Positions 1-9,573 are shown, numbered from the stretch's first letter. The stretch is 41,337 nt of DNA from Methanotrichaceae archaeon (GCA_016927055.1 JAFGNK010000115.1:1-41337), one strand, 5' to 3'. Notes: generated from the sequence alone by a model not told the origin. Numbers and translations: made by a program.

Positions 1-26
1 AAGGCAGGATACTCGGTAGTAAGGGC

Positions 27-713
27 ATGCACCTCAGAAATAGCGGTTGCATAGGTATGCGTGAGGCCCATTTTCATATCAAACATGATCCGAATGCCCC
101 GAAATTTGAGCCAATTCATATTCAAAAACGCATCCCGAAACCATTGCCTCTGGCTCCTACAAGCAATCCTAAACAAGAGTTCGGGATCACAGATGAAGAT
201 TATAAAGATATACTAAACCTCATCCATCATGTGGGTAGGACATTTGAGGAAACTCCTAAAACATATGCAGTTCATGATGAAGAAGAACTCAGGGACATCA
301 TCCTAGCTAATTTGAATATTTACTACAAAGGCGACGCTTCCGGGGAGACATTTCGCAGCTCAGGCAAGACTGACATCAGGATATTGGCTGACGATCGTGC
401 AGCATTTGTAGCAGAGTGCAAAATCTGGAACGGATCGAAGACGGTTACAGGTGCCATTGATCAACTTCTTCTCTATTTGACTTGGCGAGATTGTAAGACT
501 GCAATCATCATCTTCAATAAGGAGGTAGCAGGATTTACCAGTCTTCTGCCGAAAACTTTAGACGCTCTTAAATCACACGGGCGTTTCGTGAGGATGGAAA
601 AGGCAGCTGACCAAGGAGAGTGGAAGTGTGTCTTCAAATCTAAGGATGATGATGCTATGATGGTGTATGTTCACGTGTTTCTATTCAATTTGTATGTGGC
701 GCCGAAAAAATAA
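27..713 (+). CDS. PD-(D/E)XK-like (restriction-endonuclease-fold) hypothetical protein, probably 5'-partial or truncated
   Basis: EEELRD...GETF..GKTDI...FVAECKIW matches the E...D...(E)xK nuclease pattern. The frame is open to the window start, so the true start is uncertain. Confidence 0.55.
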   Translation: MHLRNSGCIGMREAHFHIKHDPNAPKFEPIHIQKRIPKPLPLAPTSNPKQEFGITDEDYKDILNLIHHVGRTFEETPKTYAVHDEEELRDIILANLNIYYKGDASGETFRSSGKTDIRILADDRAAFVAECKIWNGSKTVTGAIDQLLLYLTWRDCKTAIIIFNKEVAGFTSLLPKTLDALKSHGRFVRMEKAADQGEWKCVFKSKDDDAMMVYVHVFLFNLYVAPKK

Positions 714-1207
714 GAAAGGGATTACTGAATAATTTTTTTGTTTTGCCGGTGCGGGTTTAATTGATGGCAGGCAATTGTCGAAAATTCATTTCATAAAGTC
801 TGGAATGGTCAGATAGACAAAAGTGATTTTAAAGTGATTTGGATCTTGTCTGCAAAAGGATGGAATAAAGGATGAAACCTTTGCAGGTTATATACACTCG
901 CGAGAGGCTATCACACCAGGTGGCAGAAGATCGATGCTGCCAATCATCCAGAGAGAGCGTTGGAATAAGAAGCCTCAAAACTCGCAGAGCGTTTTCATCG
1001 CACTGCCTCGGTCTTGACCCCAGGCCAGGCATCTTCGTCCATCCTCTGCCCGCGAGGAGCGTGTGCTTGGCAGCTGCCCGGGCTGATCAGGGCTGACGCC
1101 ATTGAATCATCCCAGCAGTCGAACCCTATTTTTGCGGGAGCCTGGGGCAAGCCTCGCAAAGCGAGGAAAACATGTGCGAAAATGCTGCATGGCTTTTTTT
1201 CTTCGTC

Positions 1208-1235
1208 CTTGTGAGATTTGTGCTCTTTGTGGTGA
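1208..1235 (+). repeat. 9-bp-period TTGTG tandem repeat ending CTTTGTGGTGA
   Basis: TTGTG at 1209, 1218, 1227; shares the 11-mer CTTTGTGGTGA with 3032-3042. Confidence 0.6.
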
Positions 1236-1311
1236 TAATCTCTTGAACGAAATTTTGGAACGCAAGTTGCAGGAAAAGAGTTTATTGCCAAAGAACCAGA
1301 AGCCATTAGCC

Positions 1312-2493
1312 ATGTACCTGTCCCGTGAGGAAGAAGGCATTTACCAGGGTGAGAAAGGCGAAACCCTGCGTCGCATGATGGAGATCCTGGTGGCTTTGGG
1401 CGACATTTACGGTGCAGAGAAGCTCGTGCCCGTAAGATCGGTGCAAATCGCGGGCGTATCCTACAAGAACATCGGCGAGGCGGGCCTGGAGTGGATATCC
1501 GACCTTCAGGGCCGGGTGGTGGTGCCCAGCATCCTGAATCCGGCCGGCATGGACCTGTGCCGCTGGAAGGAGATGGGCATCAGTGAGGATTTTGCCCGCA
1601 AGCAGCAGGAGACCATCGAAGCCTACCGCCGCCTGGGCGTCACCATTGACTGCACCTGCACTCCTTATCAGATCTATGACAGCCTGGCCAGTCAGGGCGA
1701 TCATCTGGCCTGGAGCGAGTCTTCCGCGGTCTCCTATGCCAATTCAGTGATTGGTGCCCGCACCAATCGCGAGGGAGGACCGTCTGCACTGGCTGCGGCG
1801 TTGGTGGGAAAGACCGCTCTGTACGGCTATCACCTGGATGAGAACCGGCTGCCAACCAGCCTGGTGGAGGTGGAAGCGGAATTGCGGGGCTCGGACTATG
1901 GGGCTCTGGGATTTTTGGTGGGAAGAATCGTCAAGGACGGCGTGCCCTTCTTCCGGATGCCGGGACGCCAGCCCGCTCCGGATGAGCTGAAGGCCCTGGG
2001 TGCAGCCATGGCAGCCAGCGGCTCCGTCGCTCTTTACTACGTAGAGAATGTCACGCCTGTGCCACCTGTGCCGCCCGGCTCCTGGCAGACGGAGGAGAAG
2101 ATCTGTATCGGCAGAAAGGAGATCGACGAGGTCTATTCGAAATATTCGGGAAGCGGGGCGGATGTGGTGGCTCTGGGCTGCCCCCACTGCTCAGGCCAGG
2201 AGCTAGAGGCCATTGCCCGGCTGCTGGCAGGCCAGAAGGTGCAAAAGGAGCTGTGGGTCTGCACAGCCAGGAAGATCGCAGAAGAGCATGCCGATCTGGT
2301 GGCGGCCATTGAGATGAGCGGAGCGCGGGTCTTTTGCGATACCTGCATGGTCGTCTCCCCGGCTACAGAAAGCTTCGATAAGATGATGGTCAATTCCGGC
2401 AAGGCGCTGGTTTACCTGCCCGGCCTGGGAGGCGTTGCTGCCGGTCTGGGAAGTCTGGAAGAGTGTATTGATGTAGCTCTGGGGAGGCGGTAA
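1312..2493 (+). CDS. Aconitase X catalytic subunit (DUF521), phosphomevalonate dehydratase large subunit
   Basis: MYLSREEE start at ATG 1312; motifs GVSYKNIG, CTCTPY, WSESSAV, GARTNREGG, GCPHCS, DTCMVV, NSGK. The ORF-track extension from 1102 is non-homologous. Confidence 0.9.
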   Translation: MYLSREEEGIYQGEKGETLRRMMEILVALGDIYGAEKLVPVRSVQIAGVSYKNIGEAGLEWISDLQGRVVVPSILNPAGMDLCRWKEMGISEDFARKQQETIEAYRRLGVTIDCTCTPYQIYDSLASQGDHLAWSESSAVSYANSVIGARTNREGGPSALAAALVGKTALYGYHLDENRLPTSLVEVEAELRGSDYGALGFLVGRIVKDGVPFFRMPGRQPAPDELKALGAAMAASGSVALYYVENVTPVPPVPPGSWQTEEKICIGRKEIDEVYSKYSGSGADVVALGCPHCSGQELEAIARLLAGQKVQKELWVCTARKIAEEHADLVAAIEMSGARVFCDTCMVVSPATESFDKMMVNSGKALVYLPGLGGVAAGLGSLEECIDVALGRR

Positions 2494-2494
2494 A

Positions 2495-2899
2495 ATGGAG
2501 ATCAAATGTCATAAGGTCGCATCCGGTCGGGCCAGCGGTCCGGCTCTGGTGACAAAGGATGCCATCTCGTTCCTGGGAAATGTCGATCCCGAGACAGGCA
2601 TGGTGGTCGACCCGGCGCATGAGCTCTTTGGCCAGTGCATCGCCGGAAAGGTGCTCGTCTTTCCCGGTGGCAAAGGCTCCACGGTGGGCTCCTACGTTAT
2701 CTACCAGCTTAAAAAGAGGGATCTAGCTCCAGTGGCTATGATCAACATTCGCTCCGAGCCCATAGTGGCAGTAGGAGCAATCATCAGCGGCATTCCCCTG
2801 GTGGACAGGGTGGCAGAGAAGGTGCTGCGGCTGAAGAGCGGTACTTTAATCGAGGTTGATGCTGATCGGGGGCTGGTCAGGATTTTCGGAGCCGATTGA
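2495..2899 (+). CDS. Aconitase X swivel subunit (DUF126), phosphomevalonate dehydratase small subunit
   Basis: ISFLGNVDPETG and GKGSTVGSY motifs; 1 bp after the large-subunit gene. Confidence 0.9.
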   Translation: MEIKCHKVASGRASGPALVTKDAISFLGNVDPETGMVVDPAHELFGQCIAGKVLVFPGGKGSTVGSYVIYQLKKRDLAPVAMINIRSEPIVAVGAIISGIPLVDRVAEKVLRLKSGTLIEVDADRGLVRIFGAD

Positions 2900-3005
2900 C
2901 TAAATGGATGGCCTTTTGCTCTTCGCGTTTGCGTTTAAGGGTCCATTTTGTTGTCTCTGGCTTCGCTCATGAATAAGGTCAGTATATATTTTTATTTGTT
3001 CATCG

Positions 3006-3042
3006 TTGTGCGTTCTTTGTGCGCTTGTGCGCTTTGTGGTGA
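3006..3042 (+). repeat. 8-11-bp-period TTGTG tandem repeat ending CTTTGTGGTGA
   Basis: TTGTG at 3006, 3017, 3025, 3034. Confidence 0.6.
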
Positions 3043-3091
3043 AAGCTGCAATCCGTAGTGCAAAGCCCAAAGGCAGATCCTGAAAATATTA

Positions 3092-4201
3092 TTAACCAGA
3101 CAATTTCTTATCAGCCCTCTCGAACTCTTCCAAGAAGCGCTCGTTCTCCTCAGGCCTGCCCACAGTGACGCGCAGGCAGTGCTCGCCGCTGCCGGGAAAG
3201 GAGCTGCAGTCCCGCACAATAATTCCCCGGCTGAGAACCCGCTCCGCTACCAGCTTCGATTTTTCCCTGGTATGCACATAGAGGAAATTGCCCTCGGAGG
3301 GATTGGCGCAGTCCAGGCTTTCCCTCATTCTCTCCCGCTCCGAGACGATTTTGCCCACGCACTCTCTCATCCAGTCCAGATCCTGCAGGGCAGCCAGGCC
3401 TGCGGCCAGAGAGGGACTGGTTGTGCTGAAGAGGGGCCCGACGCGCCGGTACTGCTGGGCGACCCAGGGCGGGGCCACGGCGTAACCCAACCTCAGGCCG
3501 GCCAGGCCGAAGGCTTTGGAGAAGGTGCGGCCCACTACCAGGTTGTCGTACTCTTTCACCATCTTCAGCAGACTCTTTCCGGCAAACTCGGCATAGGCCT
3601 CGTCCAGGAAGACGATGGCATCGGTGCTCTCTACCACAGCCCGCACATTTTCTTCTGAGAGGGCATTTCCGGTGGGGTTGTTGGGCGAGCAGAGAAATGC
3701 TATCTTGACTTTCTTGGGGATCTCAGGATCCACAGCAAAGCCGGAAAGCCTGGGCTGATAAAGGGGCACAGCCCCGCAAAGCTCAACCGCCACGCCATAG
3801 AAATTGTAGGTGGGCACGGGGATGAGGGCAGCCTCACCCGGCCCCAGGAAAATGCGGCAGATGGTAGTGATGATCTCATCCATGCCCGCTCCCGTGATCA
3901 GGCACTCCTCCGGATAGCCCGTATAGCCAGCGAGAGCCTTTACAAAGGGCCGGGAGTCAGGATACCTGTGCAAAGGCACGCTCTGCAAAGTCGTCCGCAC
4001 GTGAGGGCTGGGCCCATAGGGATTCTCATTTCGGCTGAGCATAACGATGCGCTCTTCAGGTATGTCGAATCTTTGCGATATCTCCACTGGATCGGGCCCC
4101 GCCTCATCTTCCTCCAGGCTGGTCAGAAAGGGCAGGACATTCTTGGTAAAATCTGCCAGGTCGCTCACAGTCTTTCCCTGGCCGGGATGATATTTAGCCA
4201 T
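3092..4201 (-). CDS. hisC: PLP-dependent aminotransferase, histidinol-phosphate aminotransferase family
   Basis: NENPYGP, SPNNPTG, DEAYAEF, RTFSKAFGLAGLRLGY, LRVTVG motifs. Start is ATG 4201 or GTG 4168; the longer ORF overlaps mtd. Confidence 0.75.
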   Translation of the reverse strand: MAKYHPGQGKTVSDLADFTKNVLPFLTSLEEDEAGPDPVEISQRFDIPEERIVMLSRNENPYGPSPHVRTTLQSVPLHRYPDSRPFVKALAGYTGYPEECLITGAGMDEIITTICRIFLGPGEAALIPVPTYNFYGVAVELCGAVPLYQPRLSGFAVDPEIPKKVKIAFLCSPNNPTGNALSEENVRAVVESTDAIVFLDEAYAEFAGKSLLKMVKEYDNLVVGRTFSKAFGLAGLRLGYAVAPPWVAQQYRRVGPLFSTTSPSLAAGLAALQDLDWMRECVGKIVSERERMRESLDCANPSEGNFLYVHTREKSKLVAERVLSRGIIVRDCSSFPGSGEHCLRVTVGRPEENERFLEEFERADKKLSG

Positions 4202-4265
4202 TGGCCGATAATTTCGGTATCCTACAAACAAAATCCTTTTATCTTTTCTCGGTCTTGCATGCGAC

Positions 4266-5090
4266 ATGTTCAAGATCGGTTTTGTGAAGCTCGGGAATAT
4301 AGCCACCTCGACGGCTATTGACCTCTCCTTAGATGAGATTGCGGAAAGAACTGACATCGAATTTAAGATCGTCAGCTTCGGTCCCAAGATGACGAAAAAG
4401 GAGGGCGAGGCCTCAGCCGAGCTGTTGGCCTGGGCTCCTCAGTTGGTGGTCATCAGCAGCCCCAACGCCGCGACGGCTGGGCCGACGGCGGCGCGCGAGC
4501 TGTTCAAAGGGCTGCCCACCATCGTCATCTCTGACGGCCCTTCCAAGAAGGAGGCGCGCGAGGCTCTGGCTGCAGAGGGCTTTGGCTATATTATCCTGCC
4601 CATGGACCCGCTCATCGGTGCCAAGCGAGAGTTTCTCGACCCGGTGGAGATGGCCCTCTTTAACTCCGATGCTCTCAAGGTACTGGCTGCTTGCGGAGCC
4701 ATCCGGCTGGTTCAGGAGGAGCTGGACAGTGCATTGATCAGCATCGCCGCAGGAGAGCCCAGGCTTCCCGCCATCTTGGCCACGCCCGAGAAGTGCGCCG
4801 CGCGCATGGACTTTTCCAATCCCTACGCCCGTGCCAAGGCAGTGGCAGCTCTTTACATGGCCCAGACCGTAGCCGGCATCGATGCCGCCGCTTGCTTCCG
4901 TCTCAAGGAGCTGGAGGCCATTGCGCTCACCGCTGCCGCCGGCCACGAGGTCATGCGTGCGGCAGGCCGCCTGGCAGACGAGTCCAGAGAGCTGGAGAAG
5001 GCGGACGATAGCGTCTCCCGCAAGCCGCATGCCCGTACCGGCGAGCTCATGAAGAAGACCCGGCTGCTGGAAAAGCCGGAAAAGATTTAA
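4266..5090 (+). CDS. mtd: F420-dependent methylene-tetrahydromethanopterin dehydrogenase
   Basis: KIGFVKLGNI, SFGPKM, SPNAATAGP, DPLIGAKREFLDPVEMALFNSD, NPYARAKA, SRKPH motifs; 274 aa. Confidence 0.93.
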   Translation: MFKIGFVKLGNIATSTAIDLSLDEIAERTDIEFKIVSFGPKMTKKEGEASAELLAWAPQLVVISSPNAATAGPTAARELFKGLPTIVISDGPSKKEAREALAAEGFGYIILPMDPLIGAKREFLDPVEMALFNSDALKVLAACGAIRLVQEELDSALISIAAGEPRLPAILATPEKCAARMDFSNPYARAKAVAALYMAQTVAGIDAAACFRLKELEAIALTAAAGHEVMRAAGRLADESRELEKADDSVSRKPHARTGELMKKTRLLEKPEKI

Positions 5091-5144
5091 GAAAAAAATA
5101 CTGGAAAGAACACTTTCGCCCCGCACGGCTTGCGGCTTTATAGC

Positions 5145-5189
5145 AGCCGGTGCAATCAGTTGTTGTGGCAAGGAAGACTCGCACCGGCT
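5145..5189. repeat. Perfect 9-bp inverted repeat (AGCCGGTGC...GCACCGGCT), stem-loop downstream of mtd
   Basis: Arms at 5145-5153 and 5181-5189. Confidence 0.6.
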
Positions 5190-5262
5190 CTACACGCTTC
5201 TGGGCAAAAAATGGGCAGTCTTCCCATTCACCCTATTTTATGATTAGGGAGCTGGATAATCC

Positions 5263-5280
5263 TTATTAATCTGTTAATAA
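5263..5280. promoter_or_regulatory. Operator-like palindrome TTATTAA-N4-TTAATAA
   Basis: Perfect 7-4-7 inverted repeat ending 10 bp before the GNAT start codon. Confidence 0.4.
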
Positions 5281-5290
5281 ATTCATAAAT

Positions 5291-5836
5291 ATGATAATTC
5301 CATCTTCGCTTGAGACCGAACGTCTCGTTATTAGAACTCACATCTGGGATGACCTTGAACCGCTTGTTGCATTTTTCGGAAATGATGAGGCAACGAGACT
5401 GCTGGATTTAGCGCCCGGACAAAAGACCCCAGAAGGCACTCAAGCTCTTTTAGATGCAATCATAACGTCTTATCATACCGACGAGCCTATTTTCGCCCTT
5501 GCCGTCATTGAGAAAATGACTGGTCAATGTATCGGTTCATGTGGCATGGCACCTGATGTGGAGTGCAGCTCAGATACCCAAATTTATTATGCAATTTTCC
5601 CCAAGTATCAGGGGAAAGGATACGCATTAGAAGCCATTGGCAAGATCATCGAGTATGCGTTTTCGGATTTGAAGCTGGAAAAAGTGGTGGCTCGTATGGC
5701 TGCGGAGAATCATGCCTCAATTAAAGTGGCTGAAAAGGCTGGCATGATCCCCATAAGGTCAATGAAGAATGAAAAAACCAGGGATTCATACGAAGGGTGC
5801 CGCTATGAGATGCGAAACAATAAGCTATCGGTTTGA
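5291..5836 (+). CDS. GNAT N-acetyltransferase, RimJ/RimL family
   Basis: LETERLVIR N-terminus, YQGKGYA acetyl-CoA loop, NHASIKVAEKAGM. Confidence 0.85.
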   Translation: MIIPSSLETERLVIRTHIWDDLEPLVAFFGNDEATRLLDLAPGQKTPEGTQALLDAIITSYHTDEPIFALAVIEKMTGQCIGSCGMAPDVECSSDTQIYYAIFPKYQGKGYALEAIGKIIEYAFSDLKLEKVVARMAAENHASIKVAEKAGMIPIRSMKNEKTRDSYEGCRYEMRNNKLSV

Positions 5837-5923
5837 TACTTTCCTCGTAATCGTAACTAAGTCCTGAATTGTGGTCTGCTGAATAGAAAGAGCTTTAGCC
5901 TTCCAAGCATCATCCCCTCTTAA

Positions 5924-6682
5924 ATGGCTCTGCTGGAGATCAAGGGCGTATCCAAGCAATTTTTCGCGGATGGAAAAGAGATGGTAGCTCTGCAGGATAT
6001 CAACCTGAAGATAGAGGAGAATGAGTTCGTCTGCTTCATCGGCCCATCTGGCTGCGGAAAGACCACATTGCTGCGCATAGTGGCCGGTCTGGAGGAGGCG
6101 ACAGATGGCACCGTAACTCTCGATGGCAATCCCATAAAAGGTCCTGGTCCGCAAAGAGGTATGGTCTTCCAGGAGTACTCGCTATTTCCCTGGCGAACGG
6201 TCCTCGATAACATCGTCTTCGGCCTGGAGCTCAGAGGCATACCAGCAGATGAGCGTCTTACCCAGGGCCGCCAGTATCTGAAGATGGTGGGCCTGGAGCG
6301 CTTTGAGACGCGCTATCCTCATGAGCTGTCCGGGGGCATGAAGCAGCGTGTGGCCATCGCTCGCGCTTTGGTCAACCACCCCAAGGCTCTGCTCATGGAT
6401 GAGCCCTTCGGAGCCCTGGATGCCCAGACGCGCAACACCATGCAGTCCGAACTTCTGCGCATCTGGCAGGAGGAGCGAAAGACGGTGGTCTTTGTCACCC
6501 ACAGCGTTGATGAGGCCATATATCTCGCGGATCGCATTGTGATCATGTCCGCCCGGCCGGGAAGAATTAAGGATATTATTGAGATACCTCTGGCTCGCCC
6601 TCGCAACAGAACCAGTTCCGAGGTCAATAGCATAAGGGATCGCATACTCAGCGACCTGCGTTCTGAGATCGTGACCTATTAA
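5924..6682 (+). CDS. ABC transporter ATP-binding protein, NitT/TauT (SsuB/TauB) family
   Basis: Walker [17 protein letters not shown] signature, [19 protein letters not shown]. Confidence 0.9.
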   Translation: MALLEIKGVSKQFFADGKEMVALQDINLKIEENEFVCFIGPSGCGKTTLLRIVAGLEEATDGTVTLDGNPIKGPGPQRGMVFQEYSLFPWRTVLDNIVFGLELRGIPADERLTQGRQYLKMVGLERFETRYPHELSGGMKQRVAIARALVNHPKALLMDEPFGALDAQTRNTMQSELLRIWQEERKTVVFVTHSVDEAIYLADRIVIMSARPGRIKDIIEIPLARPRNRTSSEVNSIRDRILSDLRSEIVTY

Positions 6683-6736
6683 GGATATGATTTTATATCG
6701 CTGTAGATCACTTATATCTTAGCCTGTTTTTCGCTG

Positions 6737-7795
6737 GTGAAATGGTTGATCGGATCTAGGTGGATGGAACTCCCGCGCATTGTAGCGGTAGGTAGTGGCG
6801 TGATACTGGAGCTGCCGGAGATCTGCTCCAGCCTGCACCTCAAAGGGCGCGCCCTTATCATCACCGGTCCGCATACTCAGGATGTGATGGGAAAGGCCAT
6901 TTCCAGGCTCTTGGAGGATGGAGGCTATCAGCCCAGAACACTAATTTGCAGTGCCTCCAAGCTGGAAGAGGTAGGTCGCGCAGAGCATTTGGCGCGGGAG
7001 ACGGAGGCAGGCTTTCTTATCGGTGCAGGAGGCGGCAGATCGATCGATATTGCCAAACTCGCCTCTCTTGGGTTAGATGTGCCCTTTCTCTCTGTGCCCA
7101 CAGCCGCTTCGCATGACGGCATCTGTTCCTCTCAGGCTTCTTTGACGGTCAACGGAGAGACAACATCTATCAAAGCGCAATCCCCTCTGGCCATTGTGGC
7201 CGACAGCAAGATAATCGCTCAGGCACCGGCGAGGCTACTATCCGCTGGATGCGGCGACATCATCTCCAATTACACGGCTATATTAGACTGGCAGTTGGCC
7301 CATCGTCTGCGAAATGAGGAGTACAGCGAATATGCTTCCGCTCTCTCCAGCATGACGGCGCGCATGATCGTTGAGCTTGCGGCAGATATTCGGCCGGGCC
7401 TGGAGGAATCTGCCAGGATAGTAATCAAAGCCCTGATATCCAGTGGCGTGGCCATGAGCATAGCCGGTTCATCCCGCCCGGCCAGCGGCTCGGAGCACAA
7501 GTTCGCCCACGCCATGAACAGAATTGCCCCGGGAAGGGCACTGCATGGCGAGCTTTGTGGCCTGGGCACCATCATGATGATGTATCTGCATGGCGGGGAC
7601 TGGAAGATGATAAAAAGGGCTTTAGCCCTGGTAGGCGCACCCACTACTGCGGCAGAGGTGGGTTTGGATGCAGAGAACGTGATCTCAGCCCTGGTCGATG
7701 CTCATGAGATCCGACCGGAACGCTATACCATCCTGGATACAGGCCTGAATAGAATGGCTGCGGCCAAGGCGGCAGAAGTAACAGGAATAATTTAA
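6737..7795 (+). CDS. egsA: sn-glycerol-1-phosphate dehydrogenase
   Basis: GGGRSID, PTAASHDGI, SGSEHKF, HGELCG, RPERYTIL. Start is GTG 6737 or TTG 6746. Confidence 0.92.
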   Translation: MKWLIGSRWMELPRIVAVGSGVILELPEICSSLHLKGRALIITGPHTQDVMGKAISRLLEDGGYQPRTLICSASKLEEVGRAEHLARETEAGFLIGAGGGRSIDIAKLASLGLDVPFLSVPTAASHDGICSSQASLTVNGETTSIKAQSPLAIVADSKIIAQAPARLLSAGCGDIISNYTAILDWQLAHRLRNEEYSEYASALSSMTARMIVELAADIRPGLEESARIVIKALISSGVAMSIAGSSRPASGSEHKFAHAMNRIAPGRALHGELCGLGTIMMMYLHGGDWKMIKRALALVGAPTTAAEVGLDAENVISALVDAHEIRPERYTILDTGLNRMAAAKAAEVTGII

Positions 7796-7865
7796 AATGT
7801 ATATAATAATCGAAAATAAAACAATAATTCAAAATGATAATCGAAGAAAAAAGGAGTCATGAACT

Positions 7866-8315
7866 ATGTCCGAGGCATCTACACAAATTACTCTGATTGG
7901 AACGAAACTTGCCAGCATTGGCATGGAGTTCACCTTCGTGGGCCCCACCCCGGAATGCGAGACCTGTAAGCTCAGAAACACGTGCATCAACCTGGAGCCG
8001 AAAAGGCGTTACAGGGTATTGGGGACCCGTGGTGAGCTGGTTCACGATTGCCCCATTCATGAGGCCGGAGTGCGAGCGGTGGAGGTGGCAGAGAGCCCCA
8101 TAATCGCGGCCTTTGACGCCCGAAAGGCATTTCCCGGATCCAAGATCGTATTTGAAGCCGCAAAATGCGATGATCCTGAATGTAGCATGTATGATATGTG
8201 CCACCCATCGGGACTGAAGGATGGGGAGAGATGCACCATTGTGGAGATTGTGGGTGAGGCTCCGGAGGACTGCCCGCGCGGGAATGTCTTGAAGCTGGTG
8301 GAGTTTCGTCGCTAG
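7866..8315 (+). CDS. UPF0179 family Cys-rich archaeal protein
   Basis: [14 protein letters not shown]...EC..CKL...C.NLE, HDCPIHE; commonly found next to egsA. Confidence 0.8.
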   Translation: MSEASTQITLIGTKLASIGMEFTFVGPTPECETCKLRNTCINLEPKRRYRVLGTRGELVHDCPIHEAGVRAVEVAESPIIAAFDARKAFPGSKIVFEAAKCDDPECSMYDMCHPSGLKDGERCTIVEIVGEAPEDCPRGNVLKLVEFRR

Positions 8316-9320
8316 ATGAAGAATCTCAAGATGAAAACTCTCACCTACTCAAAAAATATTTTTCTCCCCGTGACAGACCTCTGCAGGAATCACTGTGGCT
8401 ACTGCTCTTTTCGAAAGGAACCGAAAGATGCCCATTTGATTTCCAGATCCAGGGCGCTCTTGCTGCTGGAACAGGGTGCTCAGGCGGGCTGCAGCGAGGC
8501 GCTTTTCACTATGGGTGAGAGCCCCTGGTCAGTCTTGGGTTTTGATAGTATCCTGGCTGTTGCTGGCGTAGCGGATCTATTGGACTATTTGGTGGAGCTG
8601 TGCGAGCTTGCCCTTGAGCTTGGGCTCCTGCCTCATACCAATGCCGGCCTGCTGGTGCAAGAAGATCTGCAGCGCTTGCAGCCGTATAACGCCTCTATGG
8701 GACTGATGCTGGAGACGACTGCCCTGCTGGAGGTACATGCAAAGTCACCGGGAAAGAGGCCCGATTTGAGGTTGCAGTACATGGCAATGGCCGGCAGGCT
8801 CAAAATACCCTTCACCACAGGTATATTGGTTGGCATAGGTGAAAGCAGGCGGGACCGGGTAGAAGCGCTTACGAAAATTGCTAATCTGCATAGAGCCTTC
8901 GGTCATATTCAGGAGGTCATTATCCAGCCTCTGGATCCCAAACCGGGAACGGCTCTGGAAAAGGCACCTTTGCCTGGGATGATGGATCTCTGCTGGACGG
9001 TGGAAGCGGCGCGCGAGATTGTTCCGCCTGATGTAGCCATTCAGGTTCCTCCCAACCTGGTGGATCCGCGTCCTCTGGTCGCAGCCGGTGCCACCGATCT
9101 GGGAGGAATCAGCTCCGTAACCTTAGACGGTATAAACCCTGATAGAGCCTGGCCGGATGAAGAAGATCTGCACAGGAGCCTATCTGATTATAACCTGAGA
9201 GAGAGGCTGCCTGTCTATCCTCGCTTTATTGACCTGGGCTGGCATGGCCGCAAAACCCGGTCATTGGTGAACTCTTTGGCGGGCGAGGACGGCCTTCGGG
9301 TGAAAAAGTATATCTTCTAA
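8316..9320 (+). CDS. cofG: FO synthase subunit 1 (radical SAM)
   Basis: [19 protein letters not shown] radical-SAM motif, PHTNAG, SMGLMLE, QVPPNL, ERLPVYP. Start may be ATG 8331. Confidence 0.92.
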   Translation: MKNLKMKTLTYSKNIFLPVTDLCRNHCGYCSFRKEPKDAHLISRSRALLLLEQGAQAGCSEALFTMGESPWSVLGFDSILAVAGVADLLDYLVELCELALELGLLPHTNAGLLVQEDLQRLQPYNASMGLMLETTALLEVHAKSPGKRPDLRLQYMAMAGRLKIPFTTGILVGIGESRRDRVEALTKIANLHRAFGHIQEVIIQPLDPKPGTALEKAPLPGMMDLCWTVEAAREIVPPDVAIQVPPNLVDPRPLVAAGATDLGGISSVTLDGINPDRAWPDEEDLHRSLSDYNLRERLPVYPRFIDLGWHGRKTRSLVNSLAGEDGLRVKKYIF

Positions 9321-9326
9321 GGCGGG

Positions 9327-9521
9327 ATGGACAGTACTCTTGTGAAGAAGAATTGGCTTGAGATTGGTTTAAGTACTGGCCTCGTGTTTCTGATGATAGT
9401 CCTCATTTTGGGGGCACAAGTAGCCCTTCCTGCAGAGCTGAGATCTTCGAGCTTTGCTTTGATCGTCCTGCTCTTCATGGTGGCCATGGGCTTGGTAGGA
9501 TTGAAACTCGTGGACATGTAG
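9327..9521 (+). CDS. Small two-helix membrane protein, unknown function
   Basis: 64 aa with two hydrophobic segments; 6 bp after cofG on the same strand. Confidence 0.7.
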   Translation: MDSTLVKKNWLEIGLSTGLVFLMIVLILGAQVALPAELRSSSFALIVLLFMVAMGLVGLKLVDM

Positions 9522-9573
9522 CGACGTTAGATATAAATATAATAATACACATTTTCCTTCGCGGGGTTTTTAG

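Noticed and set aside
1102-1311. 70-aa N-terminal extension of AcnX in the ORF track
   Set aside because: Runs through T-tract and repeat DNA; the family N-terminus begins at MYLSREEE (1312).
829-1340. Several 66-103-aa ORFs in the first intergenic region
   Set aside because: Mutually overlapping, no SD or motifs; HHKEHKSHK is simply the translated TTGTG repeat.
4202-4387. N-terminal extension of the hisC ORF
   Set aside because: Overlaps mtd on the opposite strand and is non-homologous.
4413-5171. 252-aa antisense ORF over mtd
   Set aside because: Shadow ORF of a GC-rich, codon-biased gene; no recognisable motifs.
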